Below, in pieces: positions 18,092 through 27,187 of a stretch of 64,000 bases of DNA. The translations under genes and the position numbers were made by a program. Under the pieces are notes generated by a model. It was not told the origin of the DNA. It saw only the letters and a list, made by a program, of their open reading frames with translations, and did no database searches. The stretch comes from Escherichia phage JES2013, in the sequence record KC690136; one strand, written 5' to 3'. How positions within the stretch are numbered: position 1 is the first letter of the stretch; each line of letters begins with the position of its first letter.

Positions 18092-18372
18092 AAATGAGTG
18101 CTAAGGACAAGTTGCACCAGTTAGCGCTAAAACGTCCTGTAACGCTCCCTGACGAGCTTAACTCCATTTATGATGCGATTGTAGGGGAGATACAAAATAA
18201 AGCGTTAGCAGGCTTTCTGGGATGCGGATTTTCGATAAATCTACCCTCACATCTCTCAGATTACTTCCCGCATATTGTTGGGGATTTGAGGGCAGGAGGT
18301 CTGCAGGTAGATGTTGTTGGCATCTCTCCAGAGAAAAATAACACGGTTGCCTACTTGACAGTAACCTGGTAG
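18088..18372 (+). CDS. hypothetical protein
   Basis: ATGA overlap with MTase stop. Confidence 0.4.
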   Translation: MKMSAKDKLHQLALKRPVTLPDELNSIYDAIVGEIQNKALAGFLGCGFSINLPSHLSDYFPHIVGDLRAGGLQVDVVGISPEKNNTVAYLTVTW

Positions 18373-18407
18373 TTATGTATTGTTGTTCTCAACAAGGGGG
18401 GTCATTT

Positions 18408-18647
18408 ATGTACAAGTCATTTTCAATTTACTCAAGACAGGCGAAACACTACACAGAGATCCTGATTACTCAGAAAAAATCTGTAGAAGGTGAGTGGGAA
18501 TATCACCATAAAATGTTGCGTCCAGATTGGGTTTTTGATAGACTTATTGCTATGATCCCTCTTGGAGAAGTATACCCTCTGACAGGTCATAGGGATGCTT
18601 GGGATTTAATTGATTACATAGATTCATTTAAGGAGCCCAGTGTATGA
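18408..18647 (+). CDS. hypothetical protein
   Basis: AGGGGGG RBS then ATG 18408. Confidence 0.4.
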   Translation: MYKSFSIYSRQAKHYTEILITQKKSVEGEWEYHHKMLRPDWVFDRLIAMIPLGEVYPLTGHRDAWDLIDYIDSFKEPSV

Positions 18648-19042
18648 AGATTGAGATCACTAAAGAAGGTAAGAAAGTGTCTGGAGACTATGCAACAGTA
18701 ATTCGAGATTTAATGTTTGAAACCACCAAGTTCGGCACATCTAAAGTTGGTCAAACGGTGAGTGTGCAAGGTAATATCACCTCAGGAGAGAAGATAATCA
18801 TCGTGATCAAAGGACAAGATCCTGTGGAAGGAACAGTGGGCCGAGGAGGCTACCTGTGCATTTCTGAAGAACCGCGCATGCTGGTTGCTGATGACTCCAC
18901 AGGTAAAAAGCGGGTATGTAACACTGACGAGGTGATGATTATCTATCCAGTCAACCCAGATGATCCTGCAACATGGATTGTGGGGAATGAAATCTTCTCT
19001 TTAGAAGAGTTATCATTCCCAGCTCCGCGCTCTGTTCAGTAA
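18644..19042 (+). CDS. hypothetical protein
   Basis: Track ORF; ATGA overlap with upstream gene. Confidence 0.45.
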   Translation: MKIEITKEGKKVSGDYATVIRDLMFETTKFGTSKVGQTVSVQGNITSGEKIIIVIKGQDPVEGTVGRGGYLCISEEPRMLVADDSTGKKRVCNTDEVMIIYPVNPDDPATWIVGNEIFSLEELSFPAPRSVQ

Positions 19043-19081
19043 TAATTTATCTTACCAGGGACGGTAGAAGTAGGAGGTAGC

Positions 19082-19315
19082 ATGAAAGTTAAATTTCTTA
19101 CAGATTTAGGGTACCCTTCCTTGGTTGACTGCGTTGGTAAAATTGTGGAAGCAAAACGACTATCTGCAAACGATAATGTTGTCATGGTTAAGGGAAAAGA
19201 TTTACTATCTGCAGGTGCAGAGTCTGGCAGGATCTCTCCTGACTATACGTATTACCTGTCTTTAAGTAATCTACCAGAACGAGGCGGCAAAGGCCTTGAA
19301 GTTGTGGAGGAGTGA
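19082..19315 (+). CDS. small acidic protein, MKVK family paralog
   Basis: AGGAGG RBS; MKVKFL start; KGKDLLSAGA and C-terminal EVVEE shared with paralogs. Confidence 0.5.
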   Translation: MKVKFLTDLGYPSLVDCVGKIVEAKRLSANDNVVMVKGKDLLSAGAESGRISPDYTYYLSLSNLPERGGKGLEVVEE

Positions 19316-19839
19316 CAGGTATGCTACTGGTTGATTGGAAAGATTTTTATGGCGATAAAGACCCGAAAGCATTTATATATAAGCCTTGGAGATACTCAGA
19401 GAGTCAAATTGCTGCAATAAACCTTACAGCAAAGCGCCGAAAAATTATTGAAAGTAAATATAGATACGCCCAGCTAGTGGCTGGTGTTTCTCCACAGGTA
19501 GAGGGTTTTGTACTTAAACTGTACGAAAAGTTTATGAATTACGATTTGTCATTCGTGAAGGTGGGCGAGGATTTATCCCCTGGTAACAACGTAACTCGTT
19601 GGAAAGTTTCGTGTGACAAAAAACTCCCGATCAGTATTGAGGTGTGTCGATACTGGGGGTATCATGATTGTGGATTGTATGACTACCATGATGTGGAAAT
19701 AAAGCCACGCAATCATCTAAGCGACACAGAAAAAGATTACTTGAAGCATGTGATTCTTTCCATGTTTGGAGGGTATATCACAGAGAAAAATAGCGAAGAC
19801 AGAGTATCCTTTCTTAACAGTTTGAACCAGGAGATGTAA
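19312..19839 (+). CDS. hypothetical protein
   Basis: Track ORF, translationally coupled. Confidence 0.45.
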   Translation: MTGMLLVDWKDFYGDKDPKAFIYKPWRYSESQIAAINLTAKRRKIIESKYRYAQLVAGVSPQVEGFVLKLYEKFMNYDLSFVKVGEDLSPGNNVTRWKVSCDKKLPISIEVCRYWGYHDCGLYDYHDVEIKPRNHLSDTEKDYLKHVILSMFGGYITEKNSEDRVSFLNSLNQEM

Positions 19840-19840
19840 T

Positions 19841-20077
19841 ATGGCCATAGATACTGTGTTGGTTTGGTATTGCGCATTGACCTTTCTGACAATGGTTGTT
19901 TTAGCAACTCTTTGCATCATATCTTGTAGAAAAATTAAGTTTGACGACTTTATAACTATAATCACTGCCGCACCTTTTTGGCCTGTCGTTCTCTTCATTG
20001 TTGTTATGTGCTTGGTAGATCACTGTAAAACCGTCAGAAAAATGAAGGAGGCAGATAAGAATGGTAACAGTGACTGA
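19841..20077 (+). CDS. small membrane protein
   Basis: Two hydrophobic segments. Confidence 0.45.
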   Translation: MAIDTVLVWYCALTFLTMVVLATLCIISCRKIKFDDFITIITAAPFWPVVLFIVVMCLVDHCKTVRKMKEADKNGNSD

Positions 20078-20192
20078 AACTGTTTATACTGTTCTTAGGG
20101 AGATTGCATTCTATACAGACCTTAGTTCAGTATCTTCATGGGAAAAGAGTGTGTATTTAAAATGGTGCGTGAAATTAGAGGGGACCTTCTAA
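20061..20192 (+). CDS. hypothetical small protein (43 aa)
   Basis: AAGGAGG RBS 9 nt before ATG 20061. Confidence 0.3.
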   Translation: MVTVTETVYTVLREIAFYTDLSSVSSWEKSVYLKWCVKLEGTF

Positions 20193-20308
20193 TGTTTCAA
20201 GCCATGTTTATTGAAATGCTCTCCGGAGTATTACTGCTGGTAGCCATTTTGGGTGGTGCGGCACTAATGTATAATTATCTTGAAAAAGGAGACAGCAATG
20301 GTAAAAAA
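20192..20308 (+). CDS. small hydrophobic peptide (38 aa)
   Basis: GAGGGGA RBS then ATG 20192; one predicted TM helix. Confidence 0.3.
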
Positions 20309-20483
20309 TAAATCTTTAGAGCAGGCTGAAAACCTTCTCCACGAGCTGGTAAAGGAGTGGAAAGTTGAATACTCAGATTTTAATGCACGAGAGGGTGAAG
20401 ATTATTGGCCTACGGAGCGCTCAGAGGGTGAATGGTATCAAGATTTTATAGAGTGGTTATATCAGACGTGCGATGAGGGGTGA
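20298..20483 (+). CDS. hypothetical small acidic protein
   Basis: AAGGAG RBS then ATG 20298. Confidence 0.4.
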   Translation: MVKNKSLEQAENLLHELVKEWKVEYSDFNAREGEDYWPTERSEGEWYQDFIEWLYQTCDEG

Positions 20484-20941
20484 CGATGTTTGTTAAATAT
20501 GTAAAAACGTGCCTCAACAGCCTTGGCAGAGAGCATTGGTACACCTTGCTTGAAAAAGGAGAGATTTTAACAAAATCTGGAAAGATAACTTTGATACCTC
20601 TTGACAGTAAAGACCCGTCACTACTTGTTATAGATGATTACGTTACAGGTGTGACGTTCGAGGTCTCTGTGGAGAGGTTAATACGCAGAGCTGGCGGCCC
20701 TTGTGATCAAAGAGAGTATGTTTTCGATTCCGTTACAGAGAGGGATCATCCGTCTTTAATGTTCAGGATGGTAATCAGAGATATGAGGTCATCTATAGAT
20801 AGGATCGTAAAGGACATTAAGGAACCTTTTAGAGTAAAAGTTAAGAAGTTTTTTGATTCTAAGATTAACATACTTGCCGTTGTGCTAGGCGTAATTCAAC
20901 TTCTGTTAATTTTGCACTATTTTGAACTGTTGTCTAAGTAG
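20480..20941 (+). CDS. hypothetical protein with C-terminal TM helix
   Basis: Track ORF; hydrophobic C-terminus. Confidence 0.45.
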   Translation: MTMFVKYVKTCLNSLGREHWYTLLEKGEILTKSGKITLIPLDSKDPSLLVIDDYVTGVTFEVSVERLIRRAGGPCDQREYVFDSVTERDHPSLMFRMVIRDMRSSIDRIVKDIKEPFRVKVKKFFDSKINILAVVLGVIQLLLILHYFELLSK

Positions 20942-21001
20942 TGTGCAACAAGGCACAAAGGATGTGCCATAATTAAACAAATTAAGAAAGAGGTAGAGAG
21001 A

Positions 21002-21349
21002 ATGTCAAAGATTAAATCGATATTAATGTGGGTAGCTGTTGTGGCTTTTATAGGGTACTGGGTTTGGGAAACTGAATTAAAAGATATCGGATATACCAGT
21101 CTTGAGAGCAAGGCGTGCATTGGCATAACCGATGCGTTCAGGCAAAACGCTATGGATCACGAATGTGTTGATGCAGATATAGATGAGAAACTGTCTAAGG
21201 ACAAAGATTTTTACCATGGGCATGCTTTGCTTGATAGTGGTGACACTGTAGAGTTCTGGTCGTGGTTCCGTGAAGATGGAACAATAAAAACAGCAGTAAA
21301 GATCTCTAACAAAGAGTTAATGCTGTTGCAGCAGAAGGAGGCTCAATGA
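21002..21349 (+). CDS. membrane-anchored hypothetical protein
   Basis: AGAGGTAGAGAGA RBS; N-terminal TM helix. Confidence 0.5.
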   Translation: MSKIKSILMWVAVVAFIGYWVWETELKDIGYTSLESKACIGITDAFRQNAMDHECVDADIDEKLSKDKDFYHGHALLDSGDTVEFWSWFREDGTIKTAVKISNKELMLLQQKEAQ

Positions 21350-21633
21350 TCTGGATATCCTATACTGATGGCACCATGCTGTATACTGCAGGTACCCGAT
21401 ATGAGGTTCAGGAGGACGATAAAAAATTTATCGTAAAAACATTTGACAAGGACGACAACCTTTTGCTAGAATTGACTTACAAGGTTGGAGAGGTATCCGA
21501 TATCCAATTGGATTGTGGTCATAAAGATAATCCACTCAAAAAACCTGGAATAGGCAAGGCTTCAGAAGAACGTTTGTCTCGTATTGCAGAAAGCGTTTCT
21601 CCCCAAAAATCTAAGAAGAGGAGTAGAAAATGA
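21346..21633 (+). CDS. hypothetical protein
   Basis: ATGA overlap with upstream gene. Confidence 0.45.
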   Translation: MIWISYTDGTMLYTAGTRYEVQEDDKKFIVKTFDKDDNLLLELTYKVGEVSDIQLDCGHKDNPLKKPGIGKASEERLSRIAESVSPQKSKKRSRK

Positions 21634-21830
21634 GTGACAAAATTCTTAAATTTAATACCTACTATGAGAATGATTTGAACGATCTGTATTATATAGTGCG
21701 TAGCGAAAACCCGAATGTAGTACTGTTTTGCCGAGAACCTTTCAAAGGAGAGGAGATTGAATCTACCATGAATGTGGATCAGATTTCACACCTGCTGCTC
21801 CTTGGATCATTAAAAGAGGCTGTATTCTAA
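21630..21830 (+). CDS. hypothetical protein
   Basis: Translationally coupled. Confidence 0.45.
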   Translation: MSDKILKFNTYYENDLNDLYYIVRSENPNVVLFCREPFKGEEIESTMNVDQISHLLLLGSLKEAVF

Positions 21831-21849
21831 ACCAGGGTGGAGGGTTTTT

Positions 21850-22035
21850 ATGAAGCACTATTGTCTGTCTGGTAGAATGGGTGCAGATTGTGATTGGGTT
21901 TTCTTAAAACTTGTCAGTATTCGAGAGTTCATTCCAGAGGAAGAGCAAGAAAGTGAGCTGATGTCATGGATCAACCATTACGGTAACACTTTTCGGCATG
22001 TTAAGGTGGAAGAGTTGCCAAGCGAGGCTGATTGA
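21850..22035 (+). CDS. hypothetical protein
   Basis: Track ORF. Confidence 0.4.
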   Translation: MKHYCLSGRMGADCDWVFLKLVSIREFIPEEEQESELMSWINHYGNTFRHVKVEELPSEAD

Positions 22036-22130
22036 CTATGATTGCATCAATATTAACGTTTATGGGTGGCGTGGCATTCGGATTCATTGTTTGCCTGTTT
22101 ATAGTGATTATGTCTATGCGAGGCTGAATT

Positions 22131-22424
22131 ATGAAACTTTTTGAGTGGTTTAAAAAGTTTAAATATAAAGCTGTAGCCATCGTGCCGTGGTCCATTCAGT
22201 GGGTGGACGATGAGGGATTACCAATTCCAGGTGATAAAGACACGGGATACTGGATCATGCTTGAGAACGGGTTCGGTAAACGGAAATATTCCTGCACGGA
22301 TACCTCAGGAGCATCTTTTAGGAGAATTCCTGGGTATAAATGTATGATTGTGTGGAAGATGTCTGGTGTACCTCCGGCCAATGCACAATATCTTACTACC
22401 AATCCAACCACAGAAGAGGACTAA
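22131..22424 (+). CDS. hypothetical protein
   Basis: Track ORF. Confidence 0.45.
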   Translation: MKLFEWFKKFKYKAVAIVPWSIQWVDDEGLPIPGDKDTGYWIMLENGFGKRKYSCTDTSGASFRRIPGYKCMIVWKMSGVPPANAQYLTTNPTTEED

Positions 22425-22427
22425 GTA

Positions 22428-22709
22428 ATGAAAAAGATTTGCGATACAGATGTGGAGTTCAAGGTGTGTAGTAAGGAGACCTATTGGGAAGTGAGACAAA
22501 AGGTATATTTGTTTGGACTTATCCCATATTGGTCTAAATTCTACTGGGGAGCAGATGAATTAGGGAGATATGCCACCAAAGCTATGGCGCTTATAGGTAT
22601 AGCTGAATATATTGCTGCTAGGGACAGGGCTGGAAAAACCTGCTACTACACTGCTGACGAGATTCGTAACAGTGTTTACGTCCCCCAACCACCTGAAGGA
22701 GACCGTTGA
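22428..22709 (+). CDS. hypothetical protein
   Basis: Track ORF. Confidence 0.45.
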   Translation: MKKICDTDVEFKVCSKETYWEVRQKVYLFGLIPYWSKFYWGADELGRYATKAMALIGIAEYIAARDRAGKTCYYTADEIRNSVYVPQPPEGDR

Positions 22710-22933
22710 TGAAAGTTAAAGTTTTAGATTCAAGCTTCTATATTGGTCAGGAGCCTTTAGTGGGTAAAGTGTTTACCGCTGTCCCTAACGAAGATTATCC
22801 TGATCTTTTAAAAATAAAGGGCGCAGATCTTATTGCCGCTGGTGCATCTCAGGACTGCTTTGACAGCCAGTGGACCTACAACTTTGCCCTAGGTGAGGAT
22901 GTAGAGATAGTGGAGGATGATCATGAAGGTTAA
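22706..22933 (+). CDS. small acidic protein, MKVK family paralog
   Basis: MMKVKVLDSSFYIGQ...IKGADLIAAGA...EIVE; closest paralog is the next gene. Confidence 0.55.
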   Translation: MMKVKVLDSSFYIGQEPLVGKVFTAVPNEDYPDLLKIKGADLIAAGASQDCFDSQWTYNFALGEDVEIVEDDHEG

Positions 22934-23177
22934 AATTCTTGACTCTAACGTCTACTTGGGGCAATCCTTCCTGAAAGGAAAGGTCATCCCTGCGGTATAC
23001 TTTGAAGGGTTGCCGTGGGATGATCCTGTGCGGCAACATCACAGTTATGTAGGCCACAACGTGGTGTTTATCTTAGGATCAGACCTGATCACCGCTGGTG
23101 CACCTGAATATTATTTCGGGGAAGAGTCCTATTATGCCTTTGGGGTAGGGTCAGATGCAGATATTGTAGAGCTGTGA
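22917..23177 (+). CDS. small acidic protein, MKVK family paralog
   Basis: MIMKVKILDSNVYLGQ...LGSDLITAGA...DIVE. Confidence 0.55.
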   Translation: MIMKVKILDSNVYLGQSFLKGKVIPAVYFEGLPWDDPVRQHHSYVGHNVVFILGSDLITAGAPEYYFGEESYYAFGVGSDADIVEL

Positions 23178-23189
23178 TGGGTAACCGTT

Positions 23190-23588
23190 GTGAAAAATAA
23201 ACTGTTCAAAGTTACAATGAAAATTCGCGGAGCTTGGAGCGTAAAGCAAGGGCGTATCCCAGAATTTGAGAAAGATTTCTACGTAGTCTCCACCTCGGAG
23301 GAGGCTGCATGCTGGCAGGCTGGCTATGCCTATGCAAGAACCTGGTACGAAGGATACCAGACTGGGGGCTATGACGGAGAAATTATCAGCAAGGGTGTAG
23401 AAGAAATTAATGTGTTGACAAGTGAAAAAGTTTTTGTTATAGTGCATCCAGATTCCAGAGTGAAGCATTACTGGAATGCCAGAACAAAAACTTGGACACC
23501 GTTTGCAGATTCTGCTACGCCACTTTTAAACCAGAAAGCTCTTGACTCTGCCCCAAGTTATGGGGTTGTTGAAGAAAAGCTAAACTGA
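23190..23588 (+). CDS. hypothetical protein (paralog of 25399-25794)
   Basis: VIVHPDSRVKHYWNARTKTWTP vs VMRHPHSNIAYYWDVLNNEWTP. Confidence 0.5.
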   Translation: MKNKLFKVTMKIRGAWSVKQGRIPEFEKDFYVVSTSEEAACWQAGYAYARTWYEGYQTGGYDGEIISKGVEEINVLTSEKVFVIVHPDSRVKHYWNARTKTWTPFADSATPLLNQKALDSAPSYGVVEEKLN

Positions 23589-23605
23589 AACAGTGAGGTG
23601 TCACC

Positions 23606-23896
23606 ATGATGGATTTAATTCTAAATATTGATAACGCAGAAGAATTTAAAGACGATGGTGTAACAAGCATGGGCAAACCATGCTCTGCTAAGGTTGACTC
23701 AAAATGGACCTACAAGTTTGACGGAGAGATCTTCGCAAATGATGAGAAGGTTGTAGATGCTGCAGCCATTTTAAACGCTCTAGGGTACGACCCTGTGAAT
23801 TCTTTGATCAAGGATCCTGTTGAGTTTGCAGAGTATGTTCGAAAAATGGCAGATCTTGCTGTGGATATTTTAAAAACTATCGACAACAAGCTGTAA
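23606..23896 (+). CDS. hypothetical protein
   Basis: Track ORF. Confidence 0.45.
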   Translation: MMDLILNIDNAEEFKDDGVTSMGKPCSAKVDSKWTYKFDGEIFANDEKVVDAAAILNALGYDPVNSLIKDPVEFAEYVRKMADLAVDILKTIDNKL

Positions 23897-23902
23897 AAAC
23901 TG

Positions 23903-23931
23903 TTGACACAACGCTTCAGATTTAGTATCAT
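23903..23931 (+). promoter_or_regulatory. sigma70-type promoter
   Basis: TTGACA (23903-23908), 17-nt spacer, TATCAT (23926-23931). Confidence 0.45.
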
Positions 23932-23978
23932 TGTTTTCAAAGAGGGTTTGGTTCCCTCTTCTTTAAAAGGAACATGTT

Positions 23979-24296
23979 GTGCAAATTGAAATCACTGGCA
24001 ACGTAGAGATCACTGAAGGTATGGTGTCTTTCATTTCCCACAAAATGTCTAAGCTGGAGCGTTTGCACCCCTCTGCCAACTATGCACGTGTGAGTGTAAA
24101 AGTTGAAAATGATCACCAGGAAGTCATGGCGTTCATTTTTGACACTTCCGGAAAAGAAGTTATTGCCAAAGCTAAAGGCAGTAACGCTTACGAGGCAACT
24201 GACCGTATGGTAGATGTTGCAGCACGTCAGTTGGCTAAATGCGGTGGAAAGAAAGGTAAAGGGAAAGGCAAAGTAAAGATTGACTTTGGAGAATGA
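23979..24296 (+). CDS. hpf: ribosome hibernation promoting factor homolog (HPF/RaiA, S30AE family)
   Basis: GTG start; MQIEITGNVEITEG...KLE...VKVEN...ARQLAK aligns along its length with E. coli HPF MQLNITGNNVEITEA...KLE...LKVEK...ARQLTK; Lys/Gly-rich tail. Confidence 0.75.
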   Translation: MQIEITGNVEITEGMVSFISHKMSKLERLHPSANYARVSVKVENDHQEVMAFIFDTSGKEVIAKAKGSNAYEATDRMVDVAARQLAKCGGKKGKGKGKVKIDFGE

Positions 24297-24305
24297 GGTG
24301 CTACA

Positions 24306-24407
24306 ATGGGCGTGATTAAGAAATTAGTCCCAAATGTAGAGATTGCATGCTTTGAAATTATGTTTGCAATCGCAGTTGTAGTTAATGTGTTAGGTTACGG
24401 CTATTAA
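24306..24407 (+). CDS. small hydrophobic peptide (33 aa)
   Basis: GAGGTG RBS then ATG 24306; one TM helix. Confidence 0.3.
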   Translation: MGVIKKLVPNVEIACFEIMFAIAVVVNVLGYGY

Positions 24408-24433
24408 TATCAAATAATTGAGGAGACCTCTAA

Positions 24434-24703
24434 ATGAAAATTAAATTATTCAAAACTGAGCTGGCAGACAAAAACTGTGGACTGGTTGAAGGCATGATCG
24501 TTGAAGCACAACCAGTGGACTACATGAAGGTAGTTCGTGATGCCTTGGGTGAAGGCTTTGATCTGATGGAGCCAGCTCTGCGAGAAGATGTTATCGAGAT
24601 GGCTAAAAAGCACACACCTGAAGGCTTGGTGGTGTTTGTTGCACCGGGTAACGGAGAAGAGTTGATTGTAACTCCTGATGTGTATGAGATTGTAGAAGAG
24701 TAA
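24434..24703 (+). CDS. small acidic protein, MKVK family paralog
   Basis: MKIKLFK start, C-terminal YEIVEE; GAGGAG RBS. Confidence 0.5.
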   Translation: MKIKLFKTELADKNCGLVEGMIVEAQPVDYMKVVRDALGEGFDLMEPALREDVIEMAKKHTPEGLVVFVAPGNGEELIVTPDVYEIVEE

Positions 24704-24798
24704 TCCTGCTCGGATTAGCATACTTCTCTCAATAAAAAGAAAAGTTTGTAATTATTTGTGGGAAAGGAATCCCCATCTCTTGCCAGAGGTGATACTAT

Positions 24799-25062
24799 AT
24801 GATTGTTTATTTTAAAACTTCAGGTGGATACCCTGATTCTCAAAGCTTGATCGGAAAAACGTGCACAGCATACTCACCTCTTGATGAGGAGGTAAGCGAT
24901 ATTCTACGAGATATGTATCGGATTGATCCCCAAAAAGCTTTTGATCAAAACCTTGTATTTGTCAAGGGCTCAGACATGAAGTCTTTGGGAGCATTCCCTG
25001 AAGCAGATGATGATGCCGTTTATTCGTTCATGACTCCTTTTGAAGCTATGGTTGTTGGGTGA
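24799..25062 (+). CDS. small acidic protein, MKVK family paralog
   Basis: VFVKGSDMKSLGA motif shared with family. Confidence 0.5.
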   Translation: MIVYFKTSGGYPDSQSLIGKTCTAYSPLDEEVSDILRDMYRIDPQKAFDQNLVFVKGSDMKSLGAFPEADDDAVYSFMTPFEAMVVG

Positions 25063-25066
25063 GAAT

Positions 25067-25399
25067 ATGAAAGTACGATTTATTGGTGAAACAATTCCTG
25101 TGCATCTCCGGTCGCCTGAAGATTCTGCAGATCTTGCATCTCAGAAGGCGAGAGGTTATGATAAGAAAGTAATCTCAAACGCTGTAGAACTTGAGGCTAC
25201 TAGTTTACCTGACCCTGCCGCATTCTTTAATCATTATGGATACTATTTCAGCAATCTGATGAATATCGGTGAGCTTGTGTTTATTAGTGGTGGAGAAATT
25301 GTTAGCAAGCTTGGCGGCGATCCGGATGTCTTTCATGAAACCTGTCCTTTTGCATTTGTGGTAGGTTCAGATGTGGAAGTTATTGAGGAGGTGCGGTAA
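25067..25399 (+). CDS. small acidic protein, MKVK family paralog
   Basis: MKVRFIG start (internal ATG of track ORF 25040); C-terminal VEVIEEV. Confidence 0.5.
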   Translation: MKVRFIGETIPVHLRSPEDSADLASQKARGYDKKVISNAVELEATSLPDPAAFFNHYGYYFSNLMNIGELVFISGGEIVSKLGGDPDVFHETCPFAFVVGSDVEVIEEVR

Positions 25400-25794
25400 T
25401 GGTAAGACTATACCGTGTTGAGTATAGCTCAGATACTGTATACAACGTAAGAAGCAAAGATCGCAGCGACAGAGTGCAAGAAATGTATGTTCTTGCCGAC
25501 AGTCCGTTATCTGCAGCGTTCAAGGCAGGGTCTCTTGCATCTCGTTGGAAATTTGAAGGTGGATCTTTCTATGAAGAAACCCTTGAAGATTCTGTTGTTA
25601 TTTCTTCTGCAGAGGTTTCAGATGACTACGAAGGGAAAAAGTTCGTAATGCGGCACCCACACAGCAACATTGCGTACTACTGGGATGTTCTGAACAACGA
25701 GTGGACCCCAGATCTTCAGAAGGCCACTGTGCTAACACCGTTTTTGGCAGATAAGTTTCCACCAGAAGGTAATTTATCCGCACTGTTTCAGTAA
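25399..25794 (+). CDS. hypothetical protein (paralog of 23190-23588)
   Basis: Shared HP.S...YW...N.WTP core. Confidence 0.5.
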   Translation: MVRLYRVEYSSDTVYNVRSKDRSDRVQEMYVLADSPLSAAFKAGSLASRWKFEGGSFYEETLEDSVVISSAEVSDDYEGKKFVMRHPHSNIAYYWDVLNNEWTPDLQKATVLTPFLADKFPPEGNLSALFQ

Positions 25795-25812
25795 TTTTCT
25801 TGCACACAGGTG

Positions 25813-25841
25813 TTGACAACGCCAACCCTGTGTGAAATAAT
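25813..25841 (+). promoter_or_regulatory. promoter-like element flanked by an 8-bp inverted repeat
   Basis: TTGACA 25813-25818 with AATAAT about 17 nt downstream; CACACAGG (25803-25810) / CCTGTGTG (25827-25834) bracket the -35 box. Confidence 0.4.
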
Positions 25842-25870
25842 ACCTTCATCTTAACAAGACAGGAGACCGA

Positions 25871-26131
25871 TTGATGAAGATTAAATTGAAAAACCTTGAA
25901 ACGGCAGAGATTCAGGACGGTGTGGATTTCCGTTCTAAAGATGGTGACATCTTAGAGGTAAATATTCCAACCTACGAGCTGATCAAAGGTTTTGGCAACG
26001 TCCCCGAGGAAGGTATCGCAGACGTTCTTATAATGTTAATCGTTAGTGGGACAGTGTTCTTGGGGGAAGGTGAGAACGCTATTGCAATCCCAAGCCATTT
26101 TTATGAAGTAGTTGACGAAGAGGCGCTGTAA
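25871..26131 (+). CDS. small acidic protein, MKVK family paralog
   Basis: MMKIKLKNL start, C-terminal EVVDEEAL. Confidence 0.5.
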   Translation: MMKIKLKNLETAEIQDGVDFRSKDGDILEVNIPTYELIKGFGNVPEEGIADVLIMLIVSGTVFLGEGENAIAIPSHFYEVVDEEAL

Positions 26132-26482
26132 ATGAAAGTAGAAATTACTGGTTTTGATGTGAATGTGGTTCCGGAAGATATTTTAGCTAAACTCCCGGAA
26201 GGTTTTGGTAACGGTGTTGTGGTGGATGCTGTTCCTCCTACCAAAGACATTCTGCTGCAGTATGGTGTAGCAGAGGAAGATGTTGATAAAGTTCTTACAA
26301 TGATGGCAATCGATCGTGTTGTCGTTGTTAAAGGTCTCGATAATTTTGAGAGTGATCCTCTGATTATTCGTGGAGATGACTACAAAATCATCGATAATGA
26401 AGGCCAAGAGTTCTATGAGCCTTGTGCAGAAGATATTCTTAACTTATTACTGGAAGCAGGCACCGAAGAGGAGGACGAATAA
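26132..26482 (+). CDS. small acidic protein
   Basis: MKVEITG start, acidic C-terminus EEEDE. Confidence 0.5.
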   Translation: MKVEITGFDVNVVPEDILAKLPEGFGNGVVVDAVPPTKDILLQYGVAEEDVDKVLTMMAIDRVVVVKGLDNFESDPLIIRGDDYKIIDNEGQEFYEPCAEDILNLLLEAGTEEEDE

Positions 26483-26811
26483 TGAAGATTGACCCGTTAC
26501 TGAAGGCTCGTGCAGAAAAAGCGTACACCATTAAGCTGACCAACCTGGTTCCTACTTGTCATCCAGATGTAGGTTGGCCCGAAGGTTTGGTGGAGGGAAC
26601 TGTAACAGCTGCATACCTTCCTAACATCAAATACCTCATGGAGATCTTAGAGATGGATGAGGAAACTGCAGAACAGTTCCAGTTGGATATGAAACAGAGT
26701 GGGACTCTGGTTATTCACGGGTGGTATAATACTAAAGATGCAGAAGACCCTCTGGTAACTTCTAATCTGGCATATGAAATCTTAGGGCCTTTGAACCTGG
26801 AGGAAGACTAA
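26482..26811 (+). CDS. small acidic protein
   Basis: Track ORF, translationally coupled. Confidence 0.5.
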   Translation: MKIDPLLKARAEKAYTIKLTNLVPTCHPDVGWPEGLVEGTVTAAYLPNIKYLMEILEMDEETAEQFQLDMKQSGTLVIHGWYNTKDAEDPLVTSNLAYEILGPLNLEED

Positions 26812-27098
26812 TGAAAGATCTGGTTAAGATTAAGATTAAAGATACCAATGGGGAGCTCAGCCATTTTGGAATTAATGATGGTGACGAGCTGATCGCACAC
26901 CTGCCTACCAAGGAGGTTGTAAGCAAAGCAGTTGCCGGAGAAGAAGCTGCAATGCAGGCTGCAGGTGTGGATGAAAACTATGTAGCTATGTGCATGTGCC
27001 GAGATCAGGTTGTTCTGTATAAAGCGTATCGACCAAACGGAGCCACGGAGTGGCTTGTATTCCGACCCGAAGGATATGAAATCTTAGAGGCACTATGA
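26811..27098 (+). CDS. small acidic protein
   Basis: Track ORF, translationally coupled. Confidence 0.5.
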   Translation: MKDLVKIKIKDTNGELSHFGINDGDELIAHLPTKEVVSKAVAGEEAAMQAAGVDENYVAMCMCRDQVVLYKAYRPNGATEWLVFRPEGYEILEAL

Positions 27099-27187
27099 TA
27101 AATCTTGCCAAGGTTGCAACGGCACTGTTAATTATTTGCTGGTCAGTAACCTTAACACTGTGTCTTGTATTTCAGTGAGGTGCTTGT

